Source: Parcubacteria group bacterium (lineage in GTDB: Bacteria > Patescibacteriota > Minisyncoccia > Moranbacterales > UBA11712). Taken from it: a DNA stretch of 64,000 nucleotides. The position numbers and the translations under genes were made by a program. Numbering within the stretch: position 1 is the first letter of the stretch; each line of letters opens with the position of its first letter. This document shows, one piece after another, positions 36,587 to 47,415 of this stretch. The notes beneath the pieces are model-generated. The model was given only the letters and a program-made list of their open reading frames with translations, was not told where the DNA came from and ran no database searches. The stretch is from assembly GCA_041659065.1 (NCBI GenBank), contig JBAZYY010000007.1:863-64862 (forward strand). Direction: 5' to 3'.

Positions 36587-38398
36587 ATGGAAGACAACGC
36601 AGCAAAAAAAATAAAAATTCCCTCGCTTGTCACCGTAAAGAAGTTCGCGGATCTTTTAGGCATGTCAATCTCGGATGTCATAAAAGAATTGATGAAAAAT
36701 AAGATTCTGGCGACGATTAATGATGAGATAGATTATGAAACCGCGGCCGTAATTGCTTCGGATCTTGGGTTTGAAACGGAGGAGGATATAGAGATTAGCG
36801 AAGCGGGCGGAATGACGCTTGAGAAGTTAGATGAAATATTAAGAAAGGAAAAGGAGTCCGGGAAAAATTTGCAGCACCGTCCCCCGGTAGTGACTATTCT
36901 AGGGCATGTGGATCATGGTAAGACCACTCTTCTAGACACCATCAGGAAGACTTCAGTCGTGGAAAAAGAAGCCGGCGGGATAACCCAACATATCAACGCT
37001 TATCAAGTAAAGAAAAAAGGTGAGATAATTACCTTCGTTGACACTCCGGGGCACGAGGCATTTTCAGCTATGCGTGAGCGAGGCGTAAGTTTGGCTGACA
37101 TAGCAATCTTGGTTGTCGCGGCCGACGACGGAGTAAAACCTCAAACAGAGGAAGTAATCAAATATCTCAAAGAGAAAAAAATCCCGATGGTTGTCGCGAT
37201 AAATAAGATTGACAAACCCAACGCAAATCCTCAAAGGGTAAAACAAGAGTTGGCCGATCGAGGAATTATGATTGAGGAGTGGGGCGGTGATATAGTTGCG
37301 GCGGAAATTTCAGCAAAACAGAATATAGGCATAGATGAACTTTTGGACATGATTCTGCTAGTCGCAGAGGTTGAAGACTTGAGGGCGGATTTTAAACGGC
37401 CTCCAGTCGGCGTCGTAATTGAATCGCATCTCGACCCGAAAAAGGGAAATGTGGTAATTGTGTTGGTAAGGACCGGAGTTTTGAAAGAAGGCCAGGACGT
37501 TATTGCTGGGTCAGTGGTGGGAAGGGTAAGGCGGCTCGAGGATTACAAAGGCAAGCAGCTCAAAGAAGCGAGTCCCTCGACGCCCGTAACCCTAATTGGC
37601 TTGGATAAATCCCCCAATGTTAATGACGTTTTACAGGGCGTGACTGATTTGCGGTCTGCAAAAATTATGCAGAAGGAAAGGCAATCCTTTGAACCGGGCA
37701 CTTCGGCGAGAATGGATTCCAAGCAGCTCTACAAGACCATTGAAGACCAAAATGTTAAAAAATTAAGCATACTCCTCAAGACTGATGTGCAGGGTTCACT
37801 TGAGGCGATCGATCAGATTTTGGGAGCCATAAAGTCGGATGAAGTTGGCATCAATTATGTTAAACAGGGTGTGGGTGATATTACAGAATCGGATGTGAAA
37901 ATGGCAGTGGCTTCAACATCTGGTGAAAAAAGCGGGCATTTCACGAAGTCGGTAATCTTCGGATTCAACAGCCAGCCCACGACGGTTGCCAAAAGGTTGG
38001 CTGAAGCGAACGGCGTGGAGATCAAGACTTACAAAGTTATCTATGAGCTGGTCGAGGAAATAAAGCGCAGACTGGGCGATATGCTGAGCGAAGAAATTAT
38101 TCGGAAAGATTTGGGAAAGCTTAAAGTGCTGGCTATTTTTAAAACAGGCAAGCAAGATATGATTGTGGGCGGAAAAGTGACTTCCGGAAAGATGGTAAAC
38201 AATGAAAATATTGAAGTAGTGAGGGACGAAAAGGCGCTTGGAAGAGGTAAGCTTGTTAATTTGCAACAGAACAAAGTCGATGTAGACGAGGTTAAGGAAG
38301 GGAATGAATGCGGAATCACTTTTCAGGGCGAAACCAAAATAAAGGAAAGTGACACGCTAGTTTGCTTCCATGAAGAAGTTTTGAAAAAAACTTTGTAG
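36587..38398 (+). CDS. infB: Translation initiation factor IF-2
   Basis: [41 protein letters not shown]. Confidence 0.98.
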   Translation: MEDNAAKKIKIPSLVTVKKFADLLGMSISDVIKELMKNKILATINDEIDYETAAVIASDLGFETEEDIEISEAGGMTLEKLDEILRKEKESGKNLQHRPPVVTILGHVDHGKTTLLDTIRKTSVVEKEAGGITQHINAYQVKKKGEIITFVDTPGHEAFSAMRERGVSLADIAILVVAADDGVKPQTEEVIKYLKEKKIPMVVAINKIDKPNANPQRVKQELADRGIMIEEWGGDIVAAEISAKQNIGIDELLDMILLVAEVEDLRADFKRPPVGVVIESHLDPKKGNVVIVLVRTGVLKEGQDVIAGSVVGRVRRLEDYKGKQLKEASPSTPVTLIGLDKSPNVNDVLQGVTDLRSAKIMQKERQSFEPGTSARMDSKQLYKTIEDQNVKKLSILLKTDVQGSLEAIDQILGAIKSDEVGINYVKQGVGDITESDVKMAVASTSGEKSGHFTKSVIFGFNSQPTTVAKRLAEANGVEIKTYKVIYELVEEIKRRLGDMLSEEIIRKDLGKLKVLAIFKTGKQDMIVGGKVTSGKMVNNENIEVVRDEKALGRGKLVNLQQNKVDVDEVKEGNECGITFQGETKIKESDTLVCFHEEVLKKTL

Positions 38399-38422
38399 CT
38401 GATTTTGTAATGAAGGTAAAAA

Positions 38423-38755
38423 ATGTTTTCAAGAGTTGACCGAATTAATGAATTAATAAAAGAAACTTTAGCTTCTATTATTGCCGAGGAGATTGATATT
38501 TCTCCCGGCATTTTTATTACAGTCACTAAGGTTGACACTTCGCGGGATCTGCGCTACGCTAGAGTGTTTGTGAGTGTTTTTCCTGAAAATAAATTTGGGG
38601 AAGCCATGCGGGTGCTCAAGAGGAATATCTATTCCATTCAAGGGAAATTAAACCGGAAGTTATCAATGAAACCCTTGCCCAGGATAGATTTCATTTCAGA
38701 CAAAACAGAGGCCGAGGCTGATAAAATGGAAAAACTTCTCAAAGAAATTGATTGA
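38423..38755 (+). CDS. rbfA: Ribosome-binding factor A
   Basis: ITVTKVDTSRDLRYARVFVS..PRIDF; follows infB. Confidence 0.93.
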   Translation: MFSRVDRINELIKETLASIIAEEIDISPGIFITVTKVDTSRDLRYARVFVSVFPENKFGEAMRVLKRNIYSIQGKLNRKLSMKPLPRIDFISDKTEAEADKMEKLLKEID

Positions 38756-38790
38756 ATTTTGTAGAATATGAGATTAAAGGAAACGGCATT

Positions 38791-39765
38791 ATGGACTATA
38801 AGTTTGCTCAAGAATTTAAGTTGATAAAAGACGAGCTGGAAAAAGCCAAGAGGATTCTTTTGGTAGCCCATACTCGTCCGGACGGGGATACTGTCGGGTC
38901 GGTTTTTTCATTAAAAGAATATCTCGAGAGGTTTCCGGACAAAGAAGTAGTCGCGACTTGTACCGATCCATTCCCTGAACATTTGAGAAATATTTTTGAT
39001 TCCGACTTTTCAGATCCGCATAAGATTGATATTTCTAAATTTGACCTTTTGATCGGCTGTGACGCTGTTGAACGAGGTTTTGAAAAAATTGTAAAGAAAA
39101 AAGAAGCTGGCCAGAAAATTATTATCCTTGATCATCACACAACGGTTCGGCTAAAAAATGTTCAGCCGGATATTCTCATCGCGGACGAGCATTATTCTTC
39201 CGTATGCGAGATTTTATATGACTTTTTCGATTTTCACAGAATTGATTTTGACAAGAAAATCGCGTCATATCTCTTAATCGGGATTCTGAATGATACCGGA
39301 ATTTTTCAGCATGCCAATACTACGCCTAAAACAATGGAGATCGCGGCTGAACTGATGCGCAAGGGAGCATCCCTCCCCAAAATTATTCAGCATAACTTCA
39401 AGAATAAGAGACTTGAAACGTTGAAACTTTGGGGCCGGGCTCTGGAACGAGCCGAAATAAACGAAAAATCCGGCGCAATCATGTCGTATATCACGAAAAA
39501 AGATCTTGAAGAGCTTTCTGCCGACGCGGAGGATGTCGCGTCTGTAGCAGAAATTCTCAACACTGTTTCCGGAACCAGGTTTTCGTTGGTGCTATCCGAA
39601 AGAGAAGATAATAAGATTAAGGGAAGCCTGCGAAGTGAAGAGTATAAAAATGTGGATGTCTCAGAGATCGCGCGAATGCTGAGAGGTGGCGGACATCGAC
39701 TGGCTAGCGGGTTTGAAATCAGGGGTCAGTTAGTGAAAGACGGCGAAAAGTGGAGAATAGAATAA
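38791..39765 (+). CDS. nrnA: DHH-family phosphoesterase (NrnA-like)
   Basis: HTRPDGD, LDHH, DTGIF, SLRS, GGGH..ASG. Confidence 0.85.
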   Translation: MDYKFAQEFKLIKDELEKAKRILLVAHTRPDGDTVGSVFSLKEYLERFPDKEVVATCTDPFPEHLRNIFDSDFSDPHKIDISKFDLLIGCDAVERGFEKIVKKKEAGQKIIILDHHTTVRLKNVQPDILIADEHYSSVCEILYDFFDFHRIDFDKKIASYLLIGILNDTGIFQHANTTPKTMEIAAELMRKGASLPKIIQHNFKNKRLETLKLWGRALERAEINEKSGAIMSYITKKDLEELSADAEDVASVAEILNTVSGTRFSLVLSEREDNKIKGSLRSEEYKNVDVSEIARMLRGGGHRLASGFEIRGQLVKDGEKWRIE

Positions 39766-39853
39766 ATTAGTTAAGTTAGAATTTTAATATTGAGATGTCT
39801 GGCAATGCTCGGCAATTTTTTTTATAATGACTTTAGCTAAATAAAACAGCCTA

Positions 39854-40492
39854 ATGAGCGAATATAAAAACGTGGAGACAAAAATAAAAGAATGTTGTAC
39901 TTGCCTTTTGCGCGGAACTTGCACCCAAGTTGTGCCGGGAGAAGGAAATTCACACGCCCAGATAATGTTTATCGGGGAAGCTCCCGGAGAGAACGAAGAT
40001 AGGCAAGGTCGCCCATTCGTGGGTGCAGCTGGAAAATTTCTGGAGGAAATGTTGGGAATAATCGGGCTGGAAAGAAAAGATGTTTTTATCGCAAATGTTT
40101 TGAAATGCCGTCCACCTGGAAATCGTGATCCGCTGCCGGAGGAAGTTGAAGCTTGTTGGCCATGGCTCGTAGAACAGATAAACAGCATAAAGCCAAAATT
40201 AATTGTGACTCTGGGGCGGCACGCGATGGAGCGATTTCTTCCCAATCAAAAAATATCAAAAATGCATGGGACGGCGCTTCGGCGCGAAATTCCGGGTATC
40301 GGGAAACAGGTTTTTTACGCTCTCTATCATCCGGCTGCGGCGCTTTATCAAGGAAGCCTTCGAGATACTCTCAAAGCGGACTTTAAAAAAATTCCAAAGG
40401 TGTTGGAGGCGATTAGGAAAACCGATAAAGCGGCGAAGCAGGATGAAAAACAAGTTGAAATCGATGAGAATAAGCAAAAGGCATTGTTTTGA
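39854..40492 (+). CDS. Uracil-DNA glycosylase family 4
   Basis: GEAPG..ED..GRPFVG, KCRPPGNRDP, YHPAA. Confidence 0.93.
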   Translation: MSEYKNVETKIKECCTCLLRGTCTQVVPGEGNSHAQIMFIGEAPGENEDRQGRPFVGAAGKFLEEMLGIIGLERKDVFIANVLKCRPPGNRDPLPEEVEACWPWLVEQINSIKPKLIVTLGRHAMERFLPNQKISKMHGTALRREIPGIGKQVFYALYHPAAALYQGSLRDTLKADFKKIPKVLEAIRKTDKAAKQDEKQVEIDENKQKALF

Positions 40493-40578
40493 TAATGAGC
40501 GGATAAATTTAGCAGTATCTGATTTCATTGACCTTGCGCATTTTTAGTGATAATTTTTAGTCTGGTGATTTAAGCAAG

Positions 40579-40649
40579 GGTCCGATGGCCGAGTGGCTAG
40601 GCAGGGGTCTGCAAAACCCCGTACGGCGGTTCAATTCCGCCTCGGACCT
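40579..40649 (+). tRNA. tRNA-Cys(GCA)
   Basis: GGTCCGA/TCGGACC acceptor; GGGGT-CTGCAAA-ACCCC anticodon arm. Confidence 0.95.
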
Positions 40650-40660
40650 CATAGACTTTT

Positions 40661-40897
40661 GCCCAGGTGGTGCCTGTCGGCAGGCAGGGAATTGGCATAC
40701 CCCAGTACTATCTCGCAAACGAAAAGTACGGGGGCAAGCATGAGGGACATTAAAATTAGCCGAAGTGGTGGAATTGGCATACACGCGAGACTTAAAATCT
40801 CGTGGAGTTTTCTCCTTGTGGGTTCGAGTCCCACCTTCGGCACTTATGGCTGTGAGTTTTTACCCCGCACTTGCCGGCAGGCAGGTCGCTCCGGGCA
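40661..40897 (+). pseudogene. Decayed outer tRNA-Leu surrounding the intact tRNA-Leu(TAA)
   Basis: GCCCAGGTGGTG[insert]GGAATTGGCATA[insert]...GGGACATTAAAAT upstream; GTGAGTT[insert]TCGCTCCGGGCA downstream. Confidence 0.65.
40759..40842 (+). tRNA. tRNA-Leu(TAA)
   Basis: GCCGAAG/CTTCGGC acceptor; CGAGA-CTTAAAA-TCTCG anticodon arm. Confidence 0.95.
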
Positions 40898-40967
40898 CAT
40901 TTAGAAACTAAAAGTTCAAGATTTAAAGTGTAAAAGCATGGTATTACTTCGCGATATTTTATAATTT

Positions 40968-41666
40968 ATGCAGCAGATAAATAGAAAAAAACTCATTGTC
41001 TCCGCCGATGATTTTGGAAAAAGTAAATTGGCAAATAAGAATATACTGGAACTAGCTGAAGCTGGGAAGCTCAATCGAGTTTCAGTTATGGCTAACGGAA
41101 AATTCAGCCAGGACGAGCTTAGCCGGCTACTTTATTCTGGCGTAAAGTTGGATGTCCATTTGGATACCGAGGAGTGGCTGGAAGATAAAGAAAAAATTAG
41201 AGAAAGCTTCATCAAAAGAAGTATTATATTCTGGAATAACCATCTTTTTGGAATTTTGAGGAGAAACAAAAAAGAAAAAATATGGGAAAATCAGTTGAGA
41301 CATTTCATCGCAATTACTGGAGAAAATCCCGATGGCATTAACACGCATCGCTACGATCATTTATTTCCAAGATATTTCCCCAGGATTATAAGTTTGGCTA
41401 AAAAATATAAAGTTTCCAGGATTCGCTTCGGAAAAATTATTCCGGCCGGACAAAATGGAATAACATCTGCTATACTGGACCGTTTTCAGAAAAGAGATAA
41501 GGATCTGTTCCTGGAATCCGGGCTGATCTCCTATGACTATTGCGTCAGCTTGGATTGGATCGAAAATCCGGAAAAATTCTTTGAAGACCTGCCCGAAGGT
41601 AAAATTGAGCTGGTTTGCCATCCAGAGAGAGAAGAAGAAATAAATTTTGTGAATAAATATTTATAG
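40968..41666 (+). CDS. ChbG/YdjC-family carbohydrate deacetylase
   Basis: IVSADDFG, VSVMAN, DVHL, ELVCHP. Confidence 0.85.
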   Translation: MQQINRKKLIVSADDFGKSKLANKNILELAEAGKLNRVSVMANGKFSQDELSRLLYSGVKLDVHLDTEEWLEDKEKIRESFIKRSIIFWNNHLFGILRRNKKEKIWENQLRHFIAITGENPDGINTHRYDHLFPRYFPRIISLAKKYKVSRIRFGKIIPAGQNGITSAILDRFQKRDKDLFLESGLISYDYCVSLDWIENPEKFFEDLPEGKIELVCHPEREEEINFVNKYL

Positions 41667-41680
41667 ACATTGATTAAGAT

Positions 41681-42406
41681 ATGGAAGCATTCATTTTTTC
41701 AATTGCAAGTTTTGTCTCTACTTATAGCGGAGGGCTGCTTGCCGTCAAACTTCGAGATAAACTTAACCTTATTATGGGATTCGTGGCGGGAGTGCTTCTC
41801 GGCGTAGTTTGCTTCGATATCTTGCCTGAAATTATCGAACAAGTGAAAATGTATAATCTGGATCCCACAGTTATTATGGTGTTTCTCGTTTTCGGTTTTC
41901 TCCTGTTTCATATTTTGGAGAAAACGATTTTGATTCACCATGCGCATGAAGGTGATTACGCCGAGCATCTGCATCCGCAAGTTGGTGTTATCTCCGCGTT
42001 GGCGCTTATTGGCCACAGTTTTCTGGATGGATTCGGCATTGGCCTTGGGTTTCAAATAAATCCCACTGTCGGAGTACTCGTTGCAGTCGCAGTCATCTCC
42101 CATGACTTCACAGACGGAATGAATACCATCACCTTGATGATTTCCCATCGCAATGCCATCAGTAAAGCCAAAATATTTTTGCTGTTTGACGCACTGGCGC
42201 CAGTCTTGGGAGTTTTTGCGGCATCAATATTCGCCATTCCTGTGCAATTCATGGCGTTATATCTCGGATTTTTTGCCGGGTTTCTTCTTTATATCGGAGC
42301 GAGCGATATTTTGCCTCAAGCTCACAGCAAAAAAAGTTCCTATAAACTAATAGGGCTTACGATTTTAGGAGTCCTTTTTATTTTTTTCGTGACGAGATTT
42401 ATTTAG
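41681..42406 (+). CDS. ZIP-family metal transporter
   Basis: HSFLDG, HDFTDG, His-rich loop, about 8 TM. Confidence 0.92.
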   Translation: MEAFIFSIASFVSTYSGGLLAVKLRDKLNLIMGFVAGVLLGVVCFDILPEIIEQVKMYNLDPTVIMVFLVFGFLLFHILEKTILIHHAHEGDYAEHLHPQVGVISALALIGHSFLDGFGIGLGFQINPTVGVLVAVAVISHDFTDGMNTITLMISHRNAISKAKIFLLFDALAPVLGVFAASIFAIPVQFMALYLGFFAGFLLYIGASDILPQAHSKKSSYKLIGLTILGVLFIFFVTRFI

Positions 42407-42436
42407 AAGTTTGCGAAGATAAAGCAAAGGATTGCG

Positions 42437-44008
42437 CTAATCCAGATAATCAAGCAGATTTTGGCCCGTCATCTCTGGCGGGATTTTTAAATGCATCGCA
42501 GACAAAACTGTCGGAGCAACGTCGCTTAAAAGTCCCTTGACGCTGTTTTTAGCATCGAGGATTTGAGTTTCCGATCTCTGCTTTTGGTTGTGTGGTGAAA
42601 TATACCACAGTGGGACGGGAAAAGTTGAATGCTCGGTATCGACTTCCTCAGTGCGCTGATTTACCATCTCTTCCGCGTTGCCATGGTCGGCCGTAATCAA
42701 TAAACTTCCCTCCATCTTGAGGACTTCCGGGATTAGCTTTCCAAGGCATCTATCCACCACTTCAACGGCCTCGATGGCCGCTTTTTGATTTCCGGTGTGG
42801 CCGACCATATCCGCGTTTGCATAATTCATTAAAATGAAAGCGTATTTGCCAGTGTTCATTTCCTTGATTACCCTTTCGGTTATTGGGAAGGCGCTCATCT
42901 CCGGAGCTTTATCATAGGTGGAAATTGGCTGCGAGGGAATCAATATATGTTCCTCGTTCGGAAAAGGTTCTTCTCTGCCGCCGTTGAAAAAATAAGTGAC
43001 GTGGGCATATTTCTCGGTTTCCGCAATGCGCAGCTGATTATAGCCAGATTCACTTATGACTTCGCCTAAGCAGTTCTTTATCTCCTGTGGGCCAAAAGCA
43101 ATTAGGGCCGGAATATTTTCTTCGTATTTTGTCATGCAGACGAATTCCACGTCTGGCAAATATTTCTTCCGGTTAAATTTCGAAAAAGTAGGCAAAACAA
43201 AAGCTTTGGTTATTTGGCGGGCCCGATCTTCCCGGAAATTGAAAAAAATTACGGAATCTTTTTCGCCTATCGTATTTATCTCGCCCTTTTCGTCTTCAAT
43301 TAAAGTCGGTTCGATGAATTCGTCAGTAATATTTCCTTGATATGATTTCTCAAGCGCCGCTTTGGCATTCTTTTCTCTTTGGCCCTCTCCCAAAACGAGA
43401 AGATTATAAGCTTTTTCAATGCGATCCCAATTTTCATTCCTGTCCATGGCAAAATAACGTCCACAAAGGCTTGCAATTTTTCCGCAGCCGTTTTCTTCGA
43501 GACGCTCTTCCATATCTTCGACAATTCTTGCACCTTGAGTAGGCGGCGAATCTCTGCCATCGGTAAAGGCATGAATAAATACTTTTTCGAGTTGGTTATT
43601 CCGGGCAAGTTCTATCAGCGCGAAGAGATGATCCATCGAGCTATGGACACCGCCGTTTCCAATCAGTCCCATGATATGAAGGGCGCTGTCATTTTTCTTC
43701 GCGTTTTGGATGGCGGACAAAAAACTCTCATTTTTGAAAAAACTTCCATTTTGGATCGCAAGAGTAATGTTAGGTAAATTTTGATAGATTACCCGACCTG
43801 CCCCGAGAGTCATGTGGCCGACTTCCGAATTGCCCATTTCACCCCAGGGTAGTCCGACCGAAATGCCCGAAGCCTGAAGCAGGACTTGCGGATAGTAGCG
43901 ACAGAGCTTGTCTATGGTCGGCGTATTAGCTTGGGAGATGGCGTTTCCTTCAAGGCTCGGATTTTCTCCCCATCCGTCGAGAACGACTAAAAAAACTGGT
44001 TTTATCAT
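42437..44008 (-). CDS. gpmI: 2,3-BPG-independent phosphoglycerate mutase
   Basis: MGNSEVGH, DGRD, GRYFAMDR, AETEKYAHVT, DMVGHTG, TADHGNAE. Confidence 0.98.
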   Translation of the reverse strand: MIKPVFLVVLDGWGENPSLEGNAISQANTPTIDKLCRYYPQVLLQASGISVGLPWGEMGNSEVGHMTLGAGRVIYQNLPNITLAIQNGSFFKNESFLSAIQNAKKNDSALHIMGLIGNGGVHSSMDHLFALIELARNNQLEKVFIHAFTDGRDSPPTQGARIVEDMEERLEENGCGKIASLCGRYFAMDRNENWDRIEKAYNLLVLGEGQREKNAKAALEKSYQGNITDEFIEPTLIEDEKGEINTIGEKDSVIFFNFREDRARQITKAFVLPTFSKFNRKKYLPDVEFVCMTKYEENIPALIAFGPQEIKNCLGEVISESGYNQLRIAETEKYAHVTYFFNGGREEPFPNEEHILIPSQPISTYDKAPEMSAFPITERVIKEMNTGKYAFILMNYANADMVGHTGNQKAAIEAVEVVDRCLGKLIPEVLKMEGSLLITADHGNAEEMVNQRTEEVDTEHSTFPVPLWYISPHNQKQRSETQILDAKNSVKGLLSDVAPTVLSAMHLKIPPEMTGQNLLDYLD

Positions 44009-44319
44009 GGATTTAGTTTAGGCTATTTTTTATCGGTTGGGTTTGAGTTAAAAAGCTTCTGAAGATATTTTCATACAAATATTAACACATCCGGAAGCAC
44101 TTTGACAAAAAAGCGACTCTGCCCTAAAATGTTTAGGTCAAATATTAAATGATTTATTGCTTCATTTGATAACATCTCCAGTTTTTTAAAGAGTTGATAT
44201 TCTACCTTAGGAATTGTCCGCGCTATTACATTAAACTGGATCACGCAAAGTAAAATTATTGGAAAAAATTTTCAAAAAAGTGACTAAATCTTGTTATCAA
44301 CTGCATAGCTCGCAACATT

Positions 44320-45852
44320 ATGGAAGTAAGTTTCAGTCTTCTTTTAATTGGAATTCTTTGTTTGGTGGCTGGTTCAACGCTGGGTTATTTCGCGCGCCAG
44401 TCGATTGCTAAAAAACAATTAAATACTGCCGAAGGTAAGGTAAGTAAAATGGTTTCAGACGCGCAAGAAGAAGCGCAGGGTGTTTTGCTGGAAGCAAAAA
44501 ATAAAGCCGTTCAAATTCTTGAAGACGCGAAAAAAGAAGAGAAAAACAGGCAAGACCAGATTTTTAGATTCGAAAAAAGGCTTGAGAGCAGGGAGGAAAA
44601 TCTTGATCGGAAGATGAGCGAACTGGATCGGGAAAAAGATTCGATAATTAAAAAAGCGGAGGAAGTCAAAAAAATCAGAAAAGAAGCGGAGCAGGCCCGG
44701 CAAGAACAGTTCAAACGGCTTGAAAAAATCGCCGGCCTTTCCAAGGACGAAGCAAAAAAAATCCTGCTTCAGCTAGCCGAAGAGCAGAATCGAGAAATTT
44801 TGGCGGAGAGAATCAGAAAATTGGAGTCACAGGGAAAAGAGGATTTGGAAAAAAAGGCGCGAAATATCATGTCAATTGCCATGCAACGATACGCTGGAAG
44901 TCATGCGGCTGAAACCACGACATCGACAGTCTCAATACCCTCGGATGAACTCAAGGGAAGAATTATCGGAAGAGAAGGAAGAAACATAAAAACCCTAGAA
45001 AGGCTGACGGGCATTGAAATAATAGTCGATGATACCCCAGAGGCGATTGTAATTTCCGGATTTAACCCGGTGCGAAGGGAAATCGCGCGCATTGCGCTTG
45101 AAAAGCTTATTGAGGACGGGCGTATCCATCCTACACGGATTGAAGAGGCGATTAATTACGCCAAGACAGAGGTAAATAATAAAATTAAGGAAGCGGGCGA
45201 AGCGGCAGCATACGACGTCGGAATTGCGGGTCTTGATCCGAAACTAATTCAGCTTTTAGGGAGACTGCGTTTCCGAACCAGCTATGGGCAAAATGTATTG
45301 CTCCATTCTCTCGAAGTCGCGCATCTCGCCGGAGCCTTAGCGGCTGAGCTGGGTGCGAACGTCAGTCTTGCTAAGAAAGCCGGGCTTCTGCATGATATTG
45401 GAAAAGCTATTGATCATGAGGTTCAGGGAACGCATATTGAGATCGGTGTGAACATTCTCAAAAAATTCAATATCGAGGAAGAAGTTATTAATGCAATGAA
45501 GTCGCATCACGAGGATTATCCCTTTGAGAGTAACGAAGCCATGCTTATCGCGGCTGCTGACGCACTTTCGGCTTCAAGGCCGGGAGCCAGGAAAGATACA
45601 CTCGAAGATTATTTGAAGAGGCTTACGGATCTGGAAAATGTCGCAACTTCATTTGAAGGCGTCGAAAAAACTTATGCTATCCAGGCCGGAAGGGAAATAA
45701 GGGTCTTCGTGAAGCCTGACCAGATTGATGATCTTGGAGCGATTAAACTGGCCAGAAGCATTGCCGATAAAATTGAGCAAGAACTGAAATACCCGGGCGA
45801 AATCAAAGTGAATGTTCTGCGTGAAACCAGAGCGGTCGAACTTGCAAGATAA
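44320..45852 (+). CDS. rny: Ribonuclease Y
   Basis: TM anchor, coiled coil, KH domain ([12 protein letters not shown]), HD domain (LHDIGK). Confidence 0.98.
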   Translation: MEVSFSLLLIGILCLVAGSTLGYFARQSIAKKQLNTAEGKVSKMVSDAQEEAQGVLLEAKNKAVQILEDAKKEEKNRQDQIFRFEKRLESREENLDRKMSELDREKDSIIKKAEEVKKIRKEAEQARQEQFKRLEKIAGLSKDEAKKILLQLAEEQNREILAERIRKLESQGKEDLEKKARNIMSIAMQRYAGSHAAETTTSTVSIPSDELKGRIIGREGRNIKTLERLTGIEIIVDDTPEAIVISGFNPVRREIARIALEKLIEDGRIHPTRIEEAINYAKTEVNNKIKEAGEAAAYDVGIAGLDPKLIQLLGRLRFRTSYGQNVLLHSLEVAHLAGALAAELGANVSLAKKAGLLHDIGKAIDHEVQGTHIEIGVNILKKFNIEEEVINAMKSHHEDYPFESNEAMLIAAADALSASRPGARKDTLEDYLKRLTDLENVATSFEGVEKTYAIQAGREIRVFVKPDQIDDLGAIKLARSIADKIEQELKYPGEIKVNVLRETRAVELAR

Positions 45853-46012
45853 TTTGTCGAAACACGTAACACATAACATGGAGCAGTCTCCTTGCATAGG
45901 CACTCAGCGTTCCAAGGCGCAACAGGATGTGGATAACGAAATTGGCTTAAATTAGCAAAAAATAGTAGAATATAGTAGGCTTTAATATCTAAAGTAGAAA
46001 GCGAGGTGGAAT

Positions 46013-46321
46013 ATGGCAACAGATATAAACAAAGACGCATTGGTGGATATGGCGGCTAATAAAACAGGAATGGTGAAAAAAGATATTGAGACTATTGTTG
46101 ACACAGTAGTCGATGTTATCACCGACGCGCTTCACCAAGACAGGAAGGTGACTATCACTGGTTTTGGAACATTTAAGGTCACCCATCGCGCTTCGCGCGA
46201 AGGAATTAATCCTCAAACTAAAGAAAGGATCACAATTCCAGCAGTTTCAACCCCGAAGTTCACGGCTGGAAAGCGTCTTAAGGAATCAGTTCGATCTCAG
46301 GCAGTGAAATCAGGTGAATAG
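46013..46321 (+). CDS. hup: HU-family DNA-binding protein
   Basis: GFGTF..REGINPQT..PKFTAGK. Confidence 0.93.
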   Translation: MATDINKDALVDMAANKTGMVKKDIETIVDTVVDVITDALHQDRKVTITGFGTFKVTHRASREGINPQTKERITIPAVSTPKFTAGKRLKESVRSQAVKSGE

Positions 46322-46501
46322 TTATCGGCAAAATTAAATTTTTTTGGATAAATTGGTTACCCCTTGTTTTTATTTGGCAAGGGGTAATTTATTGCCAAAA
46401 TCCTAGTTTTCGAATAAGCTTAATAAGCGGTTGCGGATCGGTTTGTTGCCCGTGCTATGCGAGCTAAATATACCAAAGATTTTTCGCTAGCGTGTTAATA
46501 T

Positions 46502-46572
46502 CGGAGTGTCGTATACCGGCAGTACGCGTGCTTTGGGAGCACGTTGACTGGGTTCGATTCCCAGCACTCCGA
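46502..46572 (+). tRNA. tRNA-Pro(TGG)
   Basis: CGGAGTG/CACTCCG acceptor; CGTGC-TTTGGGA-GCACG anticodon arm. Confidence 0.93.
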
Positions 46573-46602
46573 CAGGATAAATATAGACAAATATAAAAAA
46601 CA

Positions 46603-46866
46603 ATGTACTATGTTTATGTGATAGAAAGTATAAAGAATGGAGATCTATACAAAGGATTTACGGTAAATATAAACAAGAGATTAATTGAACATAACAGCGG
46701 ACTTACTGAGTCAACGAGAAAGTATAGGCCATGGAAGCTAGTTTATTGCGAAATATTGATTTGCAAAGAGGATGCAGTTAAAAGGGAAAAATATTTGAAA
46801 AGCAGTTGAGGAAGGAAGTATTTAAAAGAAGCTCTTCAAAATTATTTTAAGGATAAGAAAGAATGA
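46603..46866 (+). pseudogene. GIY-YIG nuclease with an internal TGA
   Basis: YYVYVIES..LYKGFT..RLIEHNSG..REKYLKSS*GRKYLKEAL; homology continues past the TGA at 46807. Confidence 0.8.
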
Positions 46867-47049
46867 TAAATGTGTCTGTGATATTTCCCTTTGAAAATTA
46901 AAGACAGGCGTGCCTGCGGCATTTTCTTAATAATTTTCAGGACAGGCGGGCCTGCTATATTTTCTCTCGTGATAAATTATGATGGGCTAGGATTATCATT
47001 GGAGGTTGCTAGTAAGTAATTACTTAAATCAAGAAAGAAAATATCGCAG

Positions 47050-47121
47050 GCGGGTGTTGTATAATGGCTATTACATCAGGTTTCCAACCTGGGGACGAGG
47101 GTTCGATTCCCTTCACCCGCT
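47050..47121 (+). tRNA. tRNA-Gly(TCC)
   Basis: GCGGGTG/CACCCGC acceptor; TCAGG-TTTCCAA-CCTGG anticodon arm. Confidence 0.94.
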
Positions 47122-47415
47122 CAGTTTTCCGCAAAACCTGGACAGGGCTTTTGCAAAGTAAAATTTCAGTTTTAACCTAAAGCTGATTTTCACAAAAATT
47201 GGCTTGCCTGAGTCTTTTTTTATTCTAAATTTTCCGATGTTTCAGGCAAAATATCGCTCCATAAACTTGGTTCTAGCTTCACGTCCTTGCCCGTCTTGTT
47301 TAATAAAGTGTTTTGGGCTCTGTCATCCTATGGGTTGATAATAGAAAATATCCATGTAAGGATTTTCTAAGAGTTGGCATCTTGAAATATATTTTTAAAG
47401 AGTATATTGTTTTAT

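Noticed and set aside
45928-45936. Perfect DnaA box TGTGGATAA as oriC
   Set aside because: It is a single box with no cluster, and gene polarity does not change here.
46807-46809. UGA recoding (genetic code 25 or 4)
   Set aside because: TGA is the ordinary stop of ispF, rbfA, the UDG gene and others, and the long genes contain no internal TGA.
46903-46956. Two GACAGGCG(T/G)GCCTGC copies
   Set aside because: Only two copies about 37 nt apart; too little to call an array or operator.
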